Positions 60,571-64,000 of a stretch of DNA of 64,000 nucleotides are shown here, one piece after another; the stretch's first letter is position 1, and each line of letters begins with the position of its first letter. Position numbers and translations under genes: made by a program. Source of the stretch: Antedon mediterranea (Eukaryota > Animalia > Echinodermata); assembly GCF_964355755.1 (NCBI RefSeq), contig NC_092674.1, positions 17,918,001-17,982,000 of the forward strand. Direction: 5' to 3'. The notes beneath the pieces were generated by a model. That model made no database searches and was not told the origin of the DNA. It was given only the letters and a program-made list of their open reading frames with translations.

Positions 60571-60957
60571 CTTAAAAAAGAAATTATACTTTTAGAAAAT
60601 TGGTTAAACTGCTCTTCCCTGGTTAAACAGTAGTAAGTAATATGCATACACATCCTATTTTAATTTGTTTTGAAACCAAGTATAGATCATGAACACTTTT
60701 TATGACAACCAGATTAATAAAATGTTGGGAAGCTGTTAATCTTATGCCATTACCATAGGAAGGTAAAACAAGGTGTGTCATGTGACGTAATCATGACAAT
60801 GCTGCACTGTATAACTGTAGTATACAGTATCTGTACTGTATATTCTTATATGGCACATAATATACACAATTCAGCACTATAAAACGTAATGTATATGCTT
60901 CAGGTTATAGAATTGCAACATAATTACATCAACTTTCTGTGTTCATATTTTAACATC

Positions 60958-61975
60958 AGGGGCGGACGCAGGGGGGCTGCCCCAGTTGCCCGGGCAACAT
61001 CCTTAATTTCATGCTAAATGTTTTTTTCTGTCACTAAATTAAAATTTAGATTCTATTTTATCAAATATAATAACCATTAACGTTATAGAAATCCAGTTTT
61101 GGAAGAGTCTATATGTAAATTGACAGACTGCAGCGTAAAATTAACCCGCATTACAATACCGCGCACAACCACCGGCTGTCAGCGTATTTTTGTGTGTGGA
61201 TGTATTTCTGAACATGCTCAGAATGAATTTCTGACTGTTTGGATTGCTTGTGTGCGTCATGAGAAGGTACGAAAGGCCACTATACACACTGTGTTCGTGG
61301 AAAACCCCATCACATGGGTCATTGATTTTTCCATAATTATTGCATTTTTGCCGGAGATTCCCCATCATTTAAGTATTTCTGTAGTATCCTATTTATTTTC
61401 ATTTTATGACCGTAATATTGGGCCAAATTAATAATTTATAGTTCCAAACTTTGAAATAATTGTTTAATTGCTTCTTTTTGTACATTTCAATCATATTTTA
61501 TTTTCTGAAGTGTAGTTTAATTTAAGCAACACTGTTGTACAGTTTATAGTGGATAAATGAAAATGAATTTTGGAAATTGTGGTTTTACTGACTTATTGAT
61601 CAAAATAATACAATTTAACGTTTTGCTCAATATATTTAACTTTTTAAATTATTAATTGATAATAATAATTCATTTGTATTTATTGTTTATAATTGCCTGA
61701 ATTTATTAGCTTACCGGAAGTTCCTTCGTCGGGGACTTCCTCTGATGTTAAAAATGTCACATGTGTTTTACCGGCGGGATGGATACGATGGTATTGCTGT
61801 TTGGTAGCCCGATATAGAGTGTCATTTCCGGCGAACTATAGGTGCCATTTATCGTGAATTTTACATGCAAGAATCATTTAACAAAATTCGCTTTGCGACA
61901 GACCCCACAGCTGTAGTGCAAAAACTTGTTGTCTACGGTCCTGAACTCGTGGGCAACCCCTTAAAACCCCCTGAA
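60958..61975. mobile_element. Possible hAT-type MITE remnant
   Basis: Begins CAGGGGCGGACGCAGGGGGG..GTTGCCC; GGGCAACCCC near 61951. Right TIR not clean. Confidence 0.35.
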
Positions 61976-62764
61976 CATACATAAATGTTGCATTTGTGTG
62001 GATAATAGTTGGGTTAAATTTAATTACAACTTTCATGAAAGTGAATTACGTAATTTCTTGCTGGTTTCATTGCATAGTACTAGTAGCTTGTTGTGTGTAT
62101 ATCAAAACGGCAACTTCATTTTAAATGATGACGATAACATGTGGGAGTGGTCCCACAAGAGGGCGCTAGAGCGGATTGTCCCATTCTTAAGAAGGTGAAC
62201 TTCGGTAAAATTCTTCTTTTCAAAATTCTTTCGCACTTCGTGGAAAAGGGCTATTGTCGGGTTTATCCAGGTAAGCAGGCACGTAATAGACTAAAATGTT
62301 CGGCTACAGGTTTATTGAGGTTTGAAAGCTGATCTGTGTTGCGTCATTCTCATATGGAGAGTGTTTTTTTTTCTCCGACGTAATATTACAGTATATGAGA
62401 TAAATTACTTTTTGGTTAGACAATTAATTGATTGTCTTATCCGAAAAATGCAGCCAGTTTGGTTACTCCTAAATTTTTCAGTAGAGTCAACCAATGGACA
62501 AGTTTTTATAGCATACGTACTTAAAAACCCAGCGAAAAAACTTCACTAATTTTCAACATTTTTTGAATAAATATATATCTATCAGAAATAACAGAAGAAA
62601 GCAACTACCATCCAGAATTGGAATTCAATTTTCATGGTGATTTTCAGTCTTCGTAAGTGTTATTATGAGATACGTTTGTTTACGAGGCCAGTTTGAATTT
62701 ACTAACATTTGATCAAAAGGCGGTAAAGTGTCTATACCTATTGTTTCTAAAACCGTTTTTTACT

Positions 62765-63915
62765 ATGACTACTGTAGAACAAATAAATAGAAACAATGTC
62801 AAACCATATTCGTTAAAGACGACGAAATTCGTAAAAAAGAAGAAGAATACATAAAAGATGAGGATATATACTTTGCTCTGAATAATATCATAAACTGTGA
62901 CCACCTTATTGGAGCCCAAAAAGTTAAAAATCTATGGCGTATATATATAGATGATCACGGTGAACGAGTAAAAGCAATTTCTTCAGGTCTCAACATAAAA
63001 GGGAAACAAGCTAGCATGTATGATACGAATCCATATCTTAACAGAAACGAAAATGCTGTAAGAATCTTGATAAAAGATGTACCTTTGTCTGTGAGAAACG
63101 AAGAAATCCTAGACGCATTGAGAAAACTTGGTTGTAAAAATGACATACAATATGTAAAATTCCGTATAAATGGGAAACTATCACGCTTCTTAAACGGAGA
63201 TAGAGCAGTACTGGTTGAACCTTTCAAAGGGAGCCTACCCAGGTTTACCAAAATTAAAAATATTAACGCCAGAATTTTCCACAAAGAACAAGTTACACAA
63301 ATAATATGCTTTGAATGTGGGTTGAAAGGACACAAAATAAATGCATGTCCGAAAAAGTTAAATCAAATAGTGTGCTACACCTGTAACAAAACAGGACATA
63401 TGGCGTATAACTGCGAAGAAAAACACATAAGCGAACCCATGATTGAAAAAATTGGAATACCCTCAACGGAATTGTCATTCCCTAAAGAAAAAACCAAAAC
63501 GATTACGTCACGATCAGAAGATACAGAAACAGAAAGCGAAAATGAAGAAGATGAAGTTCTTTCATGCAGCAAAGAGAGTAGCAATGAGGACGAGGCTGGA
63601 AGTAAAATAATATCAACTACCAGTAACAAGATCAGACAAAATGAAGATGAAGCTTCTAATACTGGATATGTTCTAGAGGTGCTGAACGATCTCCTCACTC
63701 AACCAACAAGACCAGGAAATACAGTCGATTCAATGGAGCTGGTAGAAAAGGTTCAAGAAATTATGCATGAAACAATTCAAAAAGTAAAAATGATCAGCAA
63801 AGACAACGTGTGTGCAGAAAAACAAGAAGGTCATCAACTGACCAAGAAAGCAAAGAAAAGACAAAAGCAAAGAGAAAGAGAAGTCAAGGTATGCGACCGA
63901 TCATTGACTTTGTAA
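62765..63915 (+). mobile_element. Tx1/L1-clade non-LTR retrotransposon ORF1 (gag-like, two CCHC knuckles); element probably continues past the window
   Basis: GAQKVKNLWRIY..YDTNPY..VRILIKDVPLSV..FLNGDR, CFECGLKGHKINAC, CYTCNKTGHMAYNC. The ATG at 62765 is out of frame by one base (lesion near 62807). Confidence 0.78.
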
Positions 63916-64000
63916 CTGTTGAAACTGATGCAGATGCCGCAGCCGTAGCAAGGCAAACGTTTGTTACTCATGGCAAAAGGAAAAAACTTACAGAAAGTGG

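Noticed and set aside
1-64000. A novel multi-gene biological system
   Set aside because: All recognisable coding sequence is explained by GPHN, ANKMY1 or known transposon proteins; no unexplained long ORFs remain.

Overview
AT-rich, intron-containing animal genomic DNA, most likely a marine invertebrate (an echinoderm is my guess from repeat style only). It is not prokaryotic: I see no operons, CRISPR arrays or rRNA/tRNA genes. Two host genes converge. The last coding exon of gephyrin (GPHN, +, 6005-6238) faces the 3' part of ANKMY1 (-, 11 exons from 60570 to 30335, which splice in frame to about 681 aa; its 5' exons lie beyond the window). Almost everything else is transposon-derived: a decayed BEL/Pao LTR retrotransposon truncated in integrase, CR1/L2, Rex-Babar, RTE, Penelope and Tx1/L1 fragments, Academ and hAT relics, several MITEs, two rolling-circle families (canonical Helitron and DINE-like Helentron), a 2.2-kb foldback element and several tandem arrays. 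I found no new protein-coding system. The most unusual signals are structural: (i) a Helitron terminal hairpin whose loop occurs in both orientations among copies; (ii) a young 314-bp hairpin element that inserts with no target duplication, once into a copy of itself; (iii) multi-level nests whose boundaries can be checked by restoring the host sequence; (iv) ~0.8-kb near-perfect inverted arms in an ANKMY1 intron. All alignments were done by eye and family names come from recalled motifs, not database searches.
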